IMG/VR virus record: IMGVR_UViG_3300044655_001596
Location: 1 to 64,000 of that record
Source: a virus
Strand: one strand, 5' to 3'
DNA length: 64,000 nt
The first letter of the stretch is position 1; every line of letters starts with the position of its first letter. A program made the position numbers and the translations under genes. A model generated the notes under the pieces. The model was not told the origin of the DNA. It did no database searches and saw only the letters and a list, made by a program, of their open reading frames with translations. Positions 29,388 through 39,245 of this stretch are shown here, piece after piece.

Positions 29388-30356
29388 ATGGCCACAATTG
29401 ACGAACAAAACAAATTGATTGAAGTACTCAAGTTTACACCACGCACCTACAAGATTCAATTGTGGGGCTATGGTGGTGAGTACATCATGGGCACAGTGGA
29501 TCGCAAGATCTATGATTACTTTCGCTATCGTAGACTGAGCCTAAGTGACTTTGCTTGGGACTCGGACTATGCAGAGGAAAACAACATTCCCGAAGAAATG
29601 TGGCCGTTCTCACCAGGCAGTTACTATGACTGTGATGACATTTGCCATGAACACGGGGTTGACCGCAATGCTGGCACAATTCAAATCATGGACGAACAAG
29701 ATCAAATTGTTTACGAAAAGAGACTGGAAGACATCTCAGGCATGGGTGCAGATGGTGATCCACCTGAACCCGAATGGGGCGGTGGCGAGGAATACTGGAT
29801 TGGTATGAAGCCGGTGGGCACAGTAGTGTTCTTTGGCATCAGCAACGAGAAGGGCACTTTCTTTGAAGGTGAACTTCCACTAACCCAACCATTTGACGTT
29901 GCCAAACTTGAAATGGGCTATGACGAGATTGACGGCAACGACATTATCACCAACGTCAAATATGATGGCGAACAGATCGACAACTGGGGAGGTGACACCA
30001 ACGGCAAAAGTAGTGATTTTGGTTTCTACCTGGTTAAGGATTCCAACACCTGGCAAAAATATTGCACCATGGATGATATTGAATATCCAATGACTGAATG
30101 GTTTCCCAAGAAGATCAAGCCTGTGCGTGAAGGCGTGTACATGATCAGAGTACCAGGCAAAAGTGGTTATACACATCATGCCAAGTGGACCGGTACACGT
30201 TGGATTAGTTCCTGGCAAGAGGACGTTAGCGACACTGAAGAACTCAAAATCAAAGAATGGCAAGGCATCTCTTTTGATCCTGAAGAACTAGAAATTCGAG
30301 AAGACTTTGATAAACTTGTTGTAGAATTTGACGAACTGTCGAAAGAGGAGAACTAA
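29388..30356 (+). CDS. acidic hypothetical protein
   Basis: 322 aa; W..PVREGVY C-terminal module. Confidence 0.7.
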   Translation: MATIDEQNKLIEVLKFTPRTYKIQLWGYGGEYIMGTVDRKIYDYFRYRRLSLSDFAWDSDYAEENNIPEEMWPFSPGSYYDCDDICHEHGVDRNAGTIQIMDEQDQIVYEKRLEDISGMGADGDPPEPEWGGGEEYWIGMKPVGTVVFFGISNEKGTFFEGELPLTQPFDVAKLEMGYDEIDGNDIITNVKYDGEQIDNWGGDTNGKSSDFGFYLVKDSNTWQKYCTMDDIEYPMTEWFPKKIKPVREGVYMIRVPGKSGYTHHAKWTGTRWISSWQEDVSDTEELKIKEWQGISFDPEELEIREDFDKLVVEFDELSKEEN

Positions 30357-30357
30357 T

Positions 30358-30741
30358 ATGGCAACATGGGTATTAACAACTGCTGAAAAGAAAAACGTTG
30401 AAGAAATTGAATTTTGGTACAAAGACGGAAAAATAATCAAACGCACTACTGGTTTTCGTTGGGGCACAGTCTATTGCGAAAGTGATGAACGGCCTGATAT
30501 TGATTTAGAGAATCCGGATGGCCTTGAAGTATTTGCTACTGATTATGACTTCGAACTTGACAACTTGGATGATGGACATTACTGTGATGTTGAATATCCG
30601 GACGACATGAGCGAAGAAGAACAAGAGCGTATGGACGAACTCTGGGATGAAGATTCTTATAGTGCCTGGGAAGAAGAAGGTTGGTCAAACGACGACACAG
30701 AAACTTGGTTCCATGGTCCACTAGATTTAGAACAACAATAA
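30358..30741 (+). CDS. very acidic hypothetical protein
   Basis: GAGGAG RBS; D/E/W rich. Confidence 0.7.
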   Translation: MATWVLTTAEKKNVEEIEFWYKDGKIIKRTTGFRWGTVYCESDERPDIDLENPDGLEVFATDYDFELDNLDDGHYCDVEYPDDMSEEEQERMDELWDEDSYSAWEEEGWSNDDTETWFHGPLDLEQQ

Positions 30742-30742
30742 G

Positions 30743-30772
30743 TTGACATCGCCACCACTCCTTGTGTATAAT
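30743..30772 (+). promoter_or_regulatory. sigma70 promoter
   Basis: TTGACA-N18-TATAAT. Confidence 0.65.
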
Positions 30773-30773
30773 G

Positions 30774-30960
30774 CAAGTGTGCATGGGCAAGGAGATAGGT
30801 GGCGATCTAATGGCATGAGCGGGGTGATTGAACGCCCGGGCCCGACATAGCCGTGGCAGGTAGATGTAATGCCCACGAGGTTGAGACACTGTCCAAGACC
30901 CGGCAACGGGTCAAAACCGGCTGGTACCCGGTGTATGCTTCAGTTGGAATTCACAGTGAA
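30774..30960 (+). ncRNA. candidate structured ncRNA or long 5' leader
   Basis: GC-rich, no convincing ORF, multiple nested stems including GACCCG-GCAA-CGGGTC. Confidence 0.5.
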
Positions 30961-30971
30961 AGGAACGTTAA

Positions 30972-31289
30972 ATGTCTGTTAAAATAGAAGCCTCTGATTC
31001 CATGCTTCCATCCCTTGACTCTCTTAAAACAACGGCTTTGCCCATGCACAAATTATATTTCGAACTGAGTGATATTGACACATGGTATGCCATCATGCGT
31101 GAAGCACGAGCACAGTTCGGCAAAAACTGGCGTAGTCAGGCACATGTCAAACGACGACTAGAACACGCCAGTCTCTGGCGAGTGGATGGTCACGCAGAAC
31201 GTGTGTGGTTTGAAGTGCCAGATCCCAAGTTCGGTACCTGGATAGCCATTAAACATGCTGTTAGACAGGTGCAACCACCCGGTAAATAA
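30972..31289 (+). CDS. hypothetical protein
   Basis: AAGGA RBS. Confidence 0.7.
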   Translation: MSVKIEASDSMLPSLDSLKTTALPMHKLYFELSDIDTWYAIMREARAQFGKNWRSQAHVKRRLEHASLWRVDGHAERVWFEVPDPKFGTWIAIKHAVRQVQPPGK

Positions 31290-31295
31290 TACTCT

Positions 31296-32798
31296 ATGAT
31301 ATTTGGATTTGCTATTCTCGCCACCGCATTGTTGTTAAGCATGGTGGCTGCTTATTACTCAGTAGCCGGATTGGTGGCCATATTTTCTGCGGCGACCATT
31401 CCGGTTATCATCATGGGTGGCAGCCTGGAACTGGGCAAGATTGCAGCCACAGTGTGGTTGCACAACAATTGGCGACGTGCTGGTTGGGCATTCAAGTTTT
31501 ATCTTGTGCCTGCTGTGGCGTTTCTCATGATCTTGACTAGTATGGGTATTTTTGGATATCTATCAAAAGCACACAGTGATCAAAGTTTAGTGTCGGGCGA
31601 TGTACAAAGTAAAATTGCCATCTATGACGAAAAGATCAAGACAGCAAAGGACAATATAGATGCGAACCGGAAGGCGCTTAGACAGATGGATGAAGCTGTG
31701 GACCAAGTTATGGGTCGAAGCAGTGATGAAAAAGGTGCCGACAAAGCTGTTGCAATCCGACGAGCACAGCAAAAAGAACGTGCAAGACTTCAATCCGAGA
31801 TCGCGGCCGAACAGAAAACAATTGCCGCCGTTAGCGAAGAACGTGCGCCAATCGCTGCCGAGGTTCGTAAGGTTGAAGCAGAAGTTGGACCGATAAAATA
31901 CATTGCGGCCTTGCTGTACGGAGACAACCCTGACAACAATCTGCTAGAACGTGCGGTGCGTTGGATGATCATAATGATTGTGCTGGTGTTTGATCCACTA
32001 GCACTAACCTTAATTCTAGCCGCCAACAAACAGTTTGAATGGGCACGACAAGGCACCGGAGGTTTTGTACACGACGAGCCCAAGTACGAGGCCGACGATG
32101 GTCCTTTAACTGACCAACAAGTTGATCAACTCAACAAATCTGTTGAAGTGCTTAAAACAGACCCGCACCCACCAGGCTGGATGTTTGACAAGTTTCCTTA
32201 TCTACAGGCTGGCGCGGCCATGTTCTTCAAAGACGTCAAACCCATGCCGGCTCAGTCTGACAATGACCAAGCGGCCATGAACATTGTTGCAGAACCTCCT
32301 GGTATAGAAACACGCCCATTTACTCCTGACGAAATAGCGGCGCTGGAGGCGGCGGATCACGAAGATGAAGAGGATGATGCACTCAAAGCTGCCATTAGAC
32401 AATGGAAAGCTGCCAACCCCGACGATACCTTGAAGAACCAACGTTTCAAATTGATGCGGGGAGAAATTGCTGAATTACCTTGGATGGGCTTGTTGGCTGA
32501 CAATGAATCAAGAAAAGAAATAAACAGTGGGTTTGGCACACAGTTTCCACCACATGCCGAACGTGGCGATACCTTTGTAAGAGTTGACCGCCTGCCCACA
32601 GTGGTCTATAAGTACAATGGTAAAGACTGGATAGAAGTTGACAAAAATCTAACAGACAGTTATACTTACGATATTGCTTATATTGATCACTTGATAGAGC
32701 GCATTGCATCTGGCGAATATGATGCTGAACTATTGAGTGAAATCGAGCGTGAGCAAGTGTCCCAACGTTTACAATCAAATACAAATACAAACACATGA
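31296..32798 (+). CDS. multi-pass membrane protein with coiled coil
   Basis: N-terminal TMs, TSMGIFGYLSKAH, EAEVGPIKYIA, VFDPLA. Confidence 0.75.
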   Translation: MIFGFAILATALLLSMVAAYYSVAGLVAIFSAATIPVIIMGGSLELGKIAATVWLHNNWRRAGWAFKFYLVPAVAFLMILTSMGIFGYLSKAHSDQSLVSGDVQSKIAIYDEKIKTAKDNIDANRKALRQMDEAVDQVMGRSSDEKGADKAVAIRRAQQKERARLQSEIAAEQKTIAAVSEERAPIAAEVRKVEAEVGPIKYIAALLYGDNPDNNLLERAVRWMIIMIVLVFDPLALTLILAANKQFEWARQGTGGFVHDEPKYEADDGPLTDQQVDQLNKSVEVLKTDPHPPGWMFDKFPYLQAGAAMFFKDVKPMPAQSDNDQAAMNIVAEPPGIETRPFTPDEIAALEAADHEDEEDDALKAAIRQWKAANPDDTLKNQRFKLMRGEIAELPWMGLLADNESRKEINSGFGTQFPPHAERGDTFVRVDRLPTVVYKYNGKDWIEVDKNLTDSYTYDIAYIDHLIERIASGEYDAELLSEIEREQVSQRLQSNTNTNT

Positions 32799-34012
32799 AA
32801 TCAAATGATCAAATCACATCCTGCAGTTTTTGTGGAAAACACAAAGATGCAGTGGCTAAACTTATTGTAGGTGAAGGTGTTGCCATATGCAATGAGTGTG
32901 TGGAACTATGTGAAACTTTGCTGAAAGATGAAAATTTTGCCGGCACAGTCAGCCCTCCTGTTGTGATGGACCCTGAACACATAAAAAATCATCTAGATCA
33001 GTATGTGATTGGCCAGGATCGTGCCAAACAGGTACTGAGCGTGGCAGTGGTAAATCATTACAAACGCATTAGTAATCCGGGAACTGATACTGAGATTGAA
33101 AAGTGTAACATTCTCATGCTTGGCCCAACGGGGTCGGGCAAAACATTGTTGGCACGTAGTGTAGCACGTTACTTGGATGTACCGTTCGTGATTGCCGATG
33201 CCACAAGTCTTACTGAAGCAGGTTATGTAGGCGACGACGTTGAGAGCTTGATCTCTAGATTGTTTGCCGCATCGGGCGGTGACATCGCCAAAACACAGCG
33301 CGGCATTGTGTTCATTGACGAAATTGACAAAATCAGTCGCCGCAGTGAAAGTGCTTCAATCACACGAGATGTGTCAGGAGAAGGTGTACAACAGGCCTTG
33401 CTTAAACTGGTAGAAGGCACCAAGTGCAGAGTCACTCCCACAGGAAATCGCAAGCATCCTTCAGGTGACATGATTGAGATTGATACCACTAACATCTTGT
33501 TTATTGCTGGTGGTGCGTTCGTGGGTCTTGATGCAGTGGTAAAAAATCGTGTGCGTGGAACTTCGATTGGTTTCAGTGCAAAAGTAAAAGACGACACAGA
33601 AACACACCTAGACCAAGTCACACCAGAAGACTTGATCAAGTTTGGTATGATTCCAGAGTTTGTGGGTCGTTTCCCTAGCTGGGTAGCACTCAACGAACTC
33701 AACAAAGAAGATTTGATCCGTATCTTGCTGGATGTCAAACACAGTTACATTGCACAATACTCTTGGTTGTTTGAACAAGACAAAGTAGAACTAGAATTCA
33801 GTGCAGAAGCCTTGGAAATGATTGCAGATCGCACTATTCTAAACAAAACTGGTGCTAGGGGTTTGCACTCAGAGCTAGAACGTGTGTTACTCCCCCATAT
33901 GTTTTATTTGGCCCGTTATCGTAGGGAAGGAGTAAACCGCGTGTTTATTGATGCAGATCAGGTAAATACCCCTACAGAACTAAAGGAAGCAAATGGAAAA
34001 GCTAAGGGGTAG
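32795..34012 (+). CDS. clpX: ATP-dependent Clp protease ATP-binding subunit ClpX
   Basis: CSFC..CNEC Zn finger, [29 protein letters not shown] loop, TGARGL. Confidence 0.96.
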   Translation: MKSNDQITSCSFCGKHKDAVAKLIVGEGVAICNECVELCETLLKDENFAGTVSPPVVMDPEHIKNHLDQYVIGQDRAKQVLSVAVVNHYKRISNPGTDTEIEKCNILMLGPTGSGKTLLARSVARYLDVPFVIADATSLTEAGYVGDDVESLISRLFAASGGDIAKTQRGIVFIDEIDKISRRSESASITRDVSGEGVQQALLKLVEGTKCRVTPTGNRKHPSGDMIEIDTTNILFIAGGAFVGLDAVVKNRVRGTSIGFSAKVKDDTETHLDQVTPEDLIKFGMIPEFVGRFPSWVALNELNKEDLIRILLDVKHSYIAQYSWLFEQDKVELEFSAEALEMIADRTILNKTGARGLHSELERVLLPHMFYLARYRREGVNRVFIDADQVNTPTELKEANGKAKG

Positions 34013-34217
34013 ATCAGTACTGGTCACAGATGGTAACGTAGACAAAGCTCTACGTAAATTCAAAAAGAAAATTCAAACATCGGGCATCTTAGATGATGTT
34101 CGAGCCAAAGAGTTTTACGAAAAACCCACTACAGAACGCAAACGCAAAAAGTCAGCGGCGCAAAATCGTTGGCGCAAAAAACTAGCCGAACAGGCTTTGC
34201 CCAAAAAACTTTATTGA
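33993..34217 (+). CDS. rpsU: 30S ribosomal protein bS21
   Basis: [25 protein letters not shown]. Confidence 0.9.
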   Translation: MEKLRGRSVLVTDGNVDKALRKFKKKIQTSGILDDVRAKEFYEKPTTERKRKKSAAQNRWRKKLAEQALPKKLY

Positions 34218-34248
34218 TAATGGGTTTTCGTGTATAATAAATAACTGT

Positions 34249-34300
34249 GTAGTGCCCATAGTGGGGCTACATCTAAGTCATCTTGCTTATAAAGGAGAAA
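34249..34300 (+). promoter_or_regulatory. structured hsp20 leader with ROSE-like thermometer hairpin
   Basis: 5' hairpin, then TCTTGCT (34281) pairing with AGGAGA (34293). Confidence 0.5.
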
Positions 34301-34304
34301 ACAA

Positions 34305-34763
34305 ATGACAAAAACTCTCACCCTTCGTAGTTTCGACATTCCCGCACTCACCAAATTTGGTATCGGTTTCGATAACATGTTTGATGAACTCATGCGTGTG
34401 AGTACTCAACAATCCTCAACCAACTACCCGCCCTACGATATTGTACAAATCAATGACGACGAGTACATGATCAGTGTGGCTGTGGCCGGTTTTGGGCATG
34501 ACAACCTTACTGTGACCAAGGACAAAAACTTCTTGATTATTGAAGGCAAGCACAGTCGTGAAACTGTGGAGAATGACGATGCCACTGCAAAATATTTGCA
34601 CAAAGGTATTAGTGAAAGAAGTTTCCGCAGAGAATTCCAACTTGCGGATCATGTGGAAATTAGTAATGCTCACCTTGAACTAGGTATTCTCAGCGTTCAC
34701 TTGCGACGTGAAGTGCCCGAAGAAGCCAAGCCAAAGACTATTGCTATCACATACACTTCCTAA
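34305..34763 (+). CDS. small heat shock protein Hsp20/IbpA
   Basis: GFD..F, NYPPYDI, AVAGF, YLHKGIS.RSF.R.F.L. Confidence 0.95.
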   Translation: MTKTLTLRSFDIPALTKFGIGFDNMFDELMRVSTQQSSTNYPPYDIVQINDDEYMISVAVAGFGHDNLTVTKDKNFLIIEGKHSRETVENDDATAKYLHKGISERSFRREFQLADHVEISNAHLELGILSVHLRREVPEEAKPKTIAITYTS

Positions 34764-34820
34764 TATAATAGTGTAAATACAGTAGGGACGCGGTGTCCCT
34801 ACTGCTAACAAGGAAACAAA

Positions 34821-35132
34821 ATGGCACAAAGCGAAACTAAAACTAGAATCAAACCCTTAGAATCTGTGCAAGAGCCGCCCTTGTACCGTGTGGTCTATCT
34901 CAATGACAATCAAACCACGTATGAATTTGTGGTAGAGACTTTGATTGAATACTTTGACTACACCGCAGAAACCGCAGAACAAATCACAATAGACATCCAT
35001 GATGCGGGATCAGCTGTGGTAGCAGTGCTGCCATACGAGATTGCTGAACAAAAAGGTGTGGAAGTGACCATGCTGGCACGAGCACAAAGTTATCCACTGC
35101 AAATCAAACTAGAACCAGAACCTGTTGGTTAA
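34821..35132 (+). CDS. clpS: N-end rule adaptor ClpS
   Basis: PPLYRVVYLNDNQT, IH..GSA, YEIAEQK, YPL. Confidence 0.93.
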   Translation: MAQSETKTRIKPLESVQEPPLYRVVYLNDNQTTYEFVVETLIEYFDYTAETAEQITIDIHDAGSAVVAVLPYEIAEQKGVEVTMLARAQSYPLQIKLEPEPVG

Positions 35133-35917
35133 AAATCAATCACAATGCGTTGTGGATAGTACACATGCCGTGAATATTTGGTATGTTGTCGTCCACGACA
35201 GTTGTTGACAAATCGAATACCCGACCGTGTTTGGTCTACTGATCCATGGTAGTGTCCAAAACACCAAGTATGAATCTTGTTTTCGGTGTCGGCTGCCATG
35301 GCCTGCATCATGAGTCTGTTGCCCATGGTATTGAATTTCATGCTACCGTCTAGATCGATGTCATGAGCAATCAGGGCTGGATCGGGCACAGTATGAGTGA
35401 CCATCACAATCTTTCGAACATCTGCATGCCGTTGCAGTTTTTGCACACTGTTAATCATGTAACTAGCATCGTTGTTACTGAGTCTTGCTATGTTTTTGGT
35501 GGCTGCGGCGCTCATGTTGTATTTTTCTTGCACCCATTGATCCACTTGATCAGGATCAATTCCTAGATCAAAATCAAATCCAAACCAGCCATTGGTACCT
35601 AGAATAGCAACTCCATCAACAATTACCACGTTGTCTTGTAAGTACACTATATTGGGTATGCGTTTGATACGCCGCACAAGATCGCTGTAACTGGAACCAA
35701 GATCTTCAAGATAATTATAATGCTCGTCATTCCCGTCAATGTAAAACACAGCCTGATAGCATCGTCCAAGATGTCTAAGGGTACGTGTGACAGTGTCGCG
35801 ATCCCGGGCAATATCCCCAGCAACTACGCACACTGGGCTGGTGGCCTGATGATGCCAATCCAGTTGATCCCAGGTTTCTACGTGTAGGTCTGAAATTAAA
35901 TCAAATGCAAAACTCAT
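35129..35917 (-). CDS. calcineurin-like metallophosphoesterase
   Basis: SDLH, AGD, GNDEH, THTVP, GHYH. Confidence 0.85.
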   Translation of the reverse strand: MSFAFDLISDLHVETWDQLDWHHQATSPVCVVAGDIARDRDTVTRTLRHLGRCYQAVFYIDGNDEHYNYLEDLGSSYSDLVRRIKRIPNIVYLQDNVVIVDGVAILGTNGWFGFDFDLGIDPDQVDQWVQEKYNMSAAATKNIARLSNNDASYMINSVQKLQRHADVRKIVMVTHTVPDPALIAHDIDLDGSMKFNTMGNRLMMQAMAADTENKIHTWCFGHYHGSVDQTRSGIRFVNNCRGRQHTKYSRHVYYPQRIVIDF

Positions 35918-35941
35918 GATACATATTTAAAAGGAAATAAC

Positions 35942-36298
35942 ATGAACATAATATTTGGCGACGCCATCAAAGAGATTCCGGACAGTTTTACAATATTAGA
36001 ACTAGACACATTTCGCACACCCAAGGACGAGTTACGAACAGCATATTGTGTGGTAGAAACCATACCCCTGTCAGAATTTGCCACGCTGGAAGACTATAAA
36101 AAAATACATGCTGATCTTGTAAAGTTCTATCGAGAACGGCAATGGAACTATTGCGAACATGCAATAGAAGGACTCATGGGACGTTGGAATGGTGAGCTTG
36201 ACACATTCTACACCAATCTATTGAGTCGTGTGATGCACTTGAAAGAAAATCCGCCGTCAGACGACTGGGATGGATTCACTGTTAGGCAAAGTAAGTAA
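35942..36298 (+). CDS. stand-alone domain resembling the C-terminal tail of CHASE2/adenylate cyclases
   Basis: YR.RQW..C....L..R...L...PP.DDWDG. Confidence 0.5.
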   Translation: MNIIFGDAIKEIPDSFTILELDTFRTPKDELRTAYCVVETIPLSEFATLEDYKKIHADLVKFYRERQWNYCEHAIEGLMGRWNGELDTFYTNLLSRVMHLKENPPSDDWDGFTVRQSK

Positions 36299-37510
36299 AC
36301 TTTGCATACGTTTGTTGCGAGCGTCTATAGCACCATCAAAATTCTGTTTAAATTCATTGATCAACTGATTGTGCCATTCCGTTGAAAAAAATCTCTGTTG
36401 GTTATAGTTAGCAATCAATCTCAATGAATCATAAACTTGTTGTTTAGCATCATGTGGTAATGTTGCAATACGCTTCATCTCTGACAGAATAGCCTGCAAT
36501 CTTTCCAATGGGTCAGCAATGGTGTCATACGTTTCGTCGATTATGTTATGAAAAGTTTTGAACCCATAACCGCGAAGATATTCCAGACTACCTTGCGTGG
36601 CCACCAAAATAAACGGATGCCCGCAAGCAATTGGTCTAAGTGTTTTTTCTGTAAGATGTAATCTATCATCATCAAACAAAGTTTCTAGTACAACTTCTAG
36701 ATTGGTAGTTTGATAGTCGTGTGTAAAGTAATCAGCACTAGATAGACTGTCACTAGTGTTGTGGAAAAAATATTGCTCAAGGTCTTGACGTTGGATTTGA
36801 AATTTTTTATTTTGAAATTGATGTTGACGATAATCAGTTGAATCTTGACTGTTAAATCCCATCTTGCAATGCGAATACAGGTCATGTTCGACCACAAGTT
36901 CGGCAAATTTTAATCTATATTCTCTAGTACCTGACCAAGCACGATTGTATATCAAAAAGTCTTTTTGTGGCGTTCGTTTTGATAGCAATACATCATGTTG
37001 TGCATATCTAAACCAATCTCTAGCAATCACACCGTGACACCACCAGTATACTCCTATAAAATCTATATCTTGATATTTTTGTAAATTAGATGATCGTTGT
37101 TCAGAATGTATTAACAAAACTGGAATCTGATACAGTAAAAACCCAAAGATAATTTTGAAATTGAGATGATGTATTATTTTTCCCACTAGTGATTTGACCA
37201 TGCCAGTAATAAATTCATCTTGGTCTTGAATGATCTGAAAATTAGGATGCACTGATTCAAACACATCAGGTGACGAATAAAGATCAAAATTCAACGGTTC
37301 TTGATCATGCATAAACAAGATATTTTGACGGGCATATTGATATCTTGTTTCCCATGACTGGTCCGAACCATCAATAAGACCATTGGTTAAAAACACCGTA
37401 AGGTCGGTTATTTTTCTTGAGCCATGTGGGAAAAAGCGATAAATTATTAGATCGCGATGGTTGCAAACATCGTGCAAAAAGTTGTATAATCTATCTAAAG
37501 GAACACTCAT
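36257..37510 (-). CDS. putative glycosyltransferase (GT10/GT-B-like phage family)
   Basis: VLET..HLTEKTLRPI..HPF...L.YL..YGFKTF; start reassigned to MSVPLDRLY; AT-rich. Confidence 0.55.
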   Translation of the reverse strand: MSVPLDRLYNFLHDVCNHRDLIIYRFFPHGSRKITDLTVFLTNGLIDGSDQSWETRYQYARQNILFMHDQEPLNFDLYSSPDVFESVHPNFQIIQDQDEFITGMVKSLVGKIIHHLNFKIIFGFLLYQIPVLLIHSEQRSSNLQKYQDIDFIGVYWWCHGVIARDWFRYAQHDVLLSKRTPQKDFLIYNRAWSGTREYRLKFAELVVEHDLYSHCKMGFNSQDSTDYRQHQFQNKKFQIQRQDLEQYFFHNTSDSLSSADYFTHDYQTTNLEVVLETLFDDDRLHLTEKTLRPIACGHPFILVATQGSLEYLRGYGFKTFHNIIDETYDTIADPLERLQAILSEMKRIATLPHDAKQQVYDSLRLIANYNQQRFFSTEWHNQLINEFKQNFDGAIDARNKRMQSLLTLPNSESIPVV

Positions 37511-38749
37511 ATGAAGAAAATTGGATTTATTGGTATCGGCAAACTGGGACTCGACTGCGCGGAAGTTATGGCAGAGAAGCACGAAGTCAGAGGTTACGAT
37601 ATTTACCCGCGTACCAGCGACTCGGTAAAAGTTTGCGATATTGATGAATTGGTCAATGAAAGCGAATGGATTTTTATTGCAGTACCCACTCCACATGCTG
37701 AAGGCTACGATGGCTCGGTGCCCAGCTCACACATGGAACCACGTGACTTTGGACATGACGCTGTGATCAGTGCAATCAACAATGTCAACAAGTACGCAAA
37801 GTCACCCAAGAAAGTTGTGTTGATCTCCACAGTATTACCCGGCACCACACGCCGCAAGTTTTATCCACTGCTAGACAAGAGTCATCAGTTCTTGTACAAC
37901 CCTTATCTAATTGCCATGGGCAGTGTGAAGTGGGACATGGTCAACCCTGAGATGGTCATGATTGGTACAGAGGATGGCAACCCCAATGCACTAGCAGGCG
38001 AGTTGATCGATTTGTACAAGACCATGATGGTAAACGATCCTCGCTATGAGATTGGCACCTGGGACGAATGTGAAGCAATGAAGATTTTCTACAACACATT
38101 CATTAGCGCAAAAGTTGGTCTTGTGAACATGATTCAAGACTTTGCACTGCGCATTGGCAACATCAATGTTGACGTGGTTACAGATGCCTTGGCACGCTCG
38201 ACCATGCGTATCATGGGCCCCAAGTACATGACCGCAGGTATGGGCGATGCAGGCGCTTGCCATCCACGTGACAACATTGCCTTGCGTTGGTTGGCCAAAG
38301 AATATGACATTGGCTACGACTTGTTTGACACAGTGATGCATGCTCGAGAAATTCAAGCCAAGAACCTTGCCATGTTTCTAGTTGAACAGGCTAAACAACA
38401 TGGCATGAGCATTGTGATTCATGGCAAAGCCTACAAGCCCGATGTTGAATATTGTATTGGATCATACTCTACTCTAGTAGGACACTATGTTAAACAAGCA
38501 GGCTTTGGCGTAAGATACCTTGATCCCCTGGCAGATGATCCTGCAGAAGTTATTACAGAACTGGCAGGTCCTGCGGTGATATTGTGGGCACACAATCGCA
38601 AGATCACTTATGAGTACACCGGTGATCAACCTGACACGTTGCCGTATTGCCCAATCCCACATGGTAGTGTAGTGGTTGATCCATGGCGTAAACTTCCACA
38701 GATTGAGAATTTGACTGTGGTACATTATGGCAACACACGAAATTCTTAA
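37511..38749 (+). CDS. UDP-glucose/GDP-mannose dehydrogenase family protein
   Basis: GIGKLG, IAVPTP, STVLPGT, KIFYN, GDAGACHPRD, AYKPD. Confidence 0.88.
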   Translation: MKKIGFIGIGKLGLDCAEVMAEKHEVRGYDIYPRTSDSVKVCDIDELVNESEWIFIAVPTPHAEGYDGSVPSSHMEPRDFGHDAVISAINNVNKYAKSPKKVVLISTVLPGTTRRKFYPLLDKSHQFLYNPYLIAMGSVKWDMVNPEMVMIGTEDGNPNALAGELIDLYKTMMVNDPRYEIGTWDECEAMKIFYNTFISAKVGLVNMIQDFALRIGNINVDVVTDALARSTMRIMGPKYMTAGMGDAGACHPRDNIALRWLAKEYDIGYDLFDTVMHAREIQAKNLAMFLVEQAKQHGMSIVIHGKAYKPDVEYCIGSYSTLVGHYVKQAGFGVRYLDPLADDPAEVITELAGPAVILWAHNRKITYEYTGDQPDTLPYCPIPHGSVVVDPWRKLPQIENLTVVHYGNTRNS

Positions 38750-39245
38750 ATATCATATTCCCAAGTTTTGGGATGACGAGTTTAAGCAACTCAACTACGT
38801 CAACGAAGAATTCAATGACGCGGAAAGCCTGGAGCGTTGGACAGCTCAGGGTTATGCCAACCGATTCACCGGGGACATGTGCGACATGCGCAGTCCACAA
38901 CCAAGTTGGAATCAGCAGTTTGTCAATATCTATAGTGAACTGGGTTGGAAAGACATTGGTACCAGTTACTATAGAATGGGCACAGGTACTATTCTTCCAA
39001 CTCACGGTGACTTGTATCTTCGCTATGTTGACCTGTTCAATCTCCGGGGGCAAGAACAACGCATACGCAGAGCCATTGTGTTCCTAGAAGACTGGAAACC
39101 CGGACACTATTTTGAAGGCAACAACGATGCCAAGGTCAATTGGCGAGCAGGAGATGTAGTTGAGTGGCAGTACGATGCGCCACACTTGGCTGCCAATCTT
39201 GGGCTAGAACCAAGGTACACATTACAAATCACAGGATGGGTATGA
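38727..39245 (+). CDS. 2OG-Fe(II) oxygenase / Asp-hydroxylase-like cupin
   Basis: PTHGD (HxD), distal H in PHLAAN, R in PRYTLQITG. Confidence 0.7.
   Translation: MATHEILKYHIPKFWDDEFKQLNYVNEEFNDAESLERWTAQGYANRFTGDMCDMRSPQPSWNQQFVNIYSELGWKDIGTSYYRMGTGTILPTHGDLYLRYVDLFNLRGQEQRIRRAIVFLEDWKPGHYFEGNNDAKVNWRAGDVVEWQYDAPHLAANLGLEPRYTLQITGWV

Noticed and set aside
30774-30960. tmRNA, RNase P or group II intron identity for the structured region
   Set aside because: Lacks tRNA-like ends, the GAGGAAAGUCC P4 motif and domain V consensus; kept as an unknown RNA.
37511-37696. 62-aa N-terminal extension of the glycosyltransferase-like ORF
   Set aside because: Fully antisense to the dehydrogenase Rossmann motif; the internal MSVPL start is more plausible.
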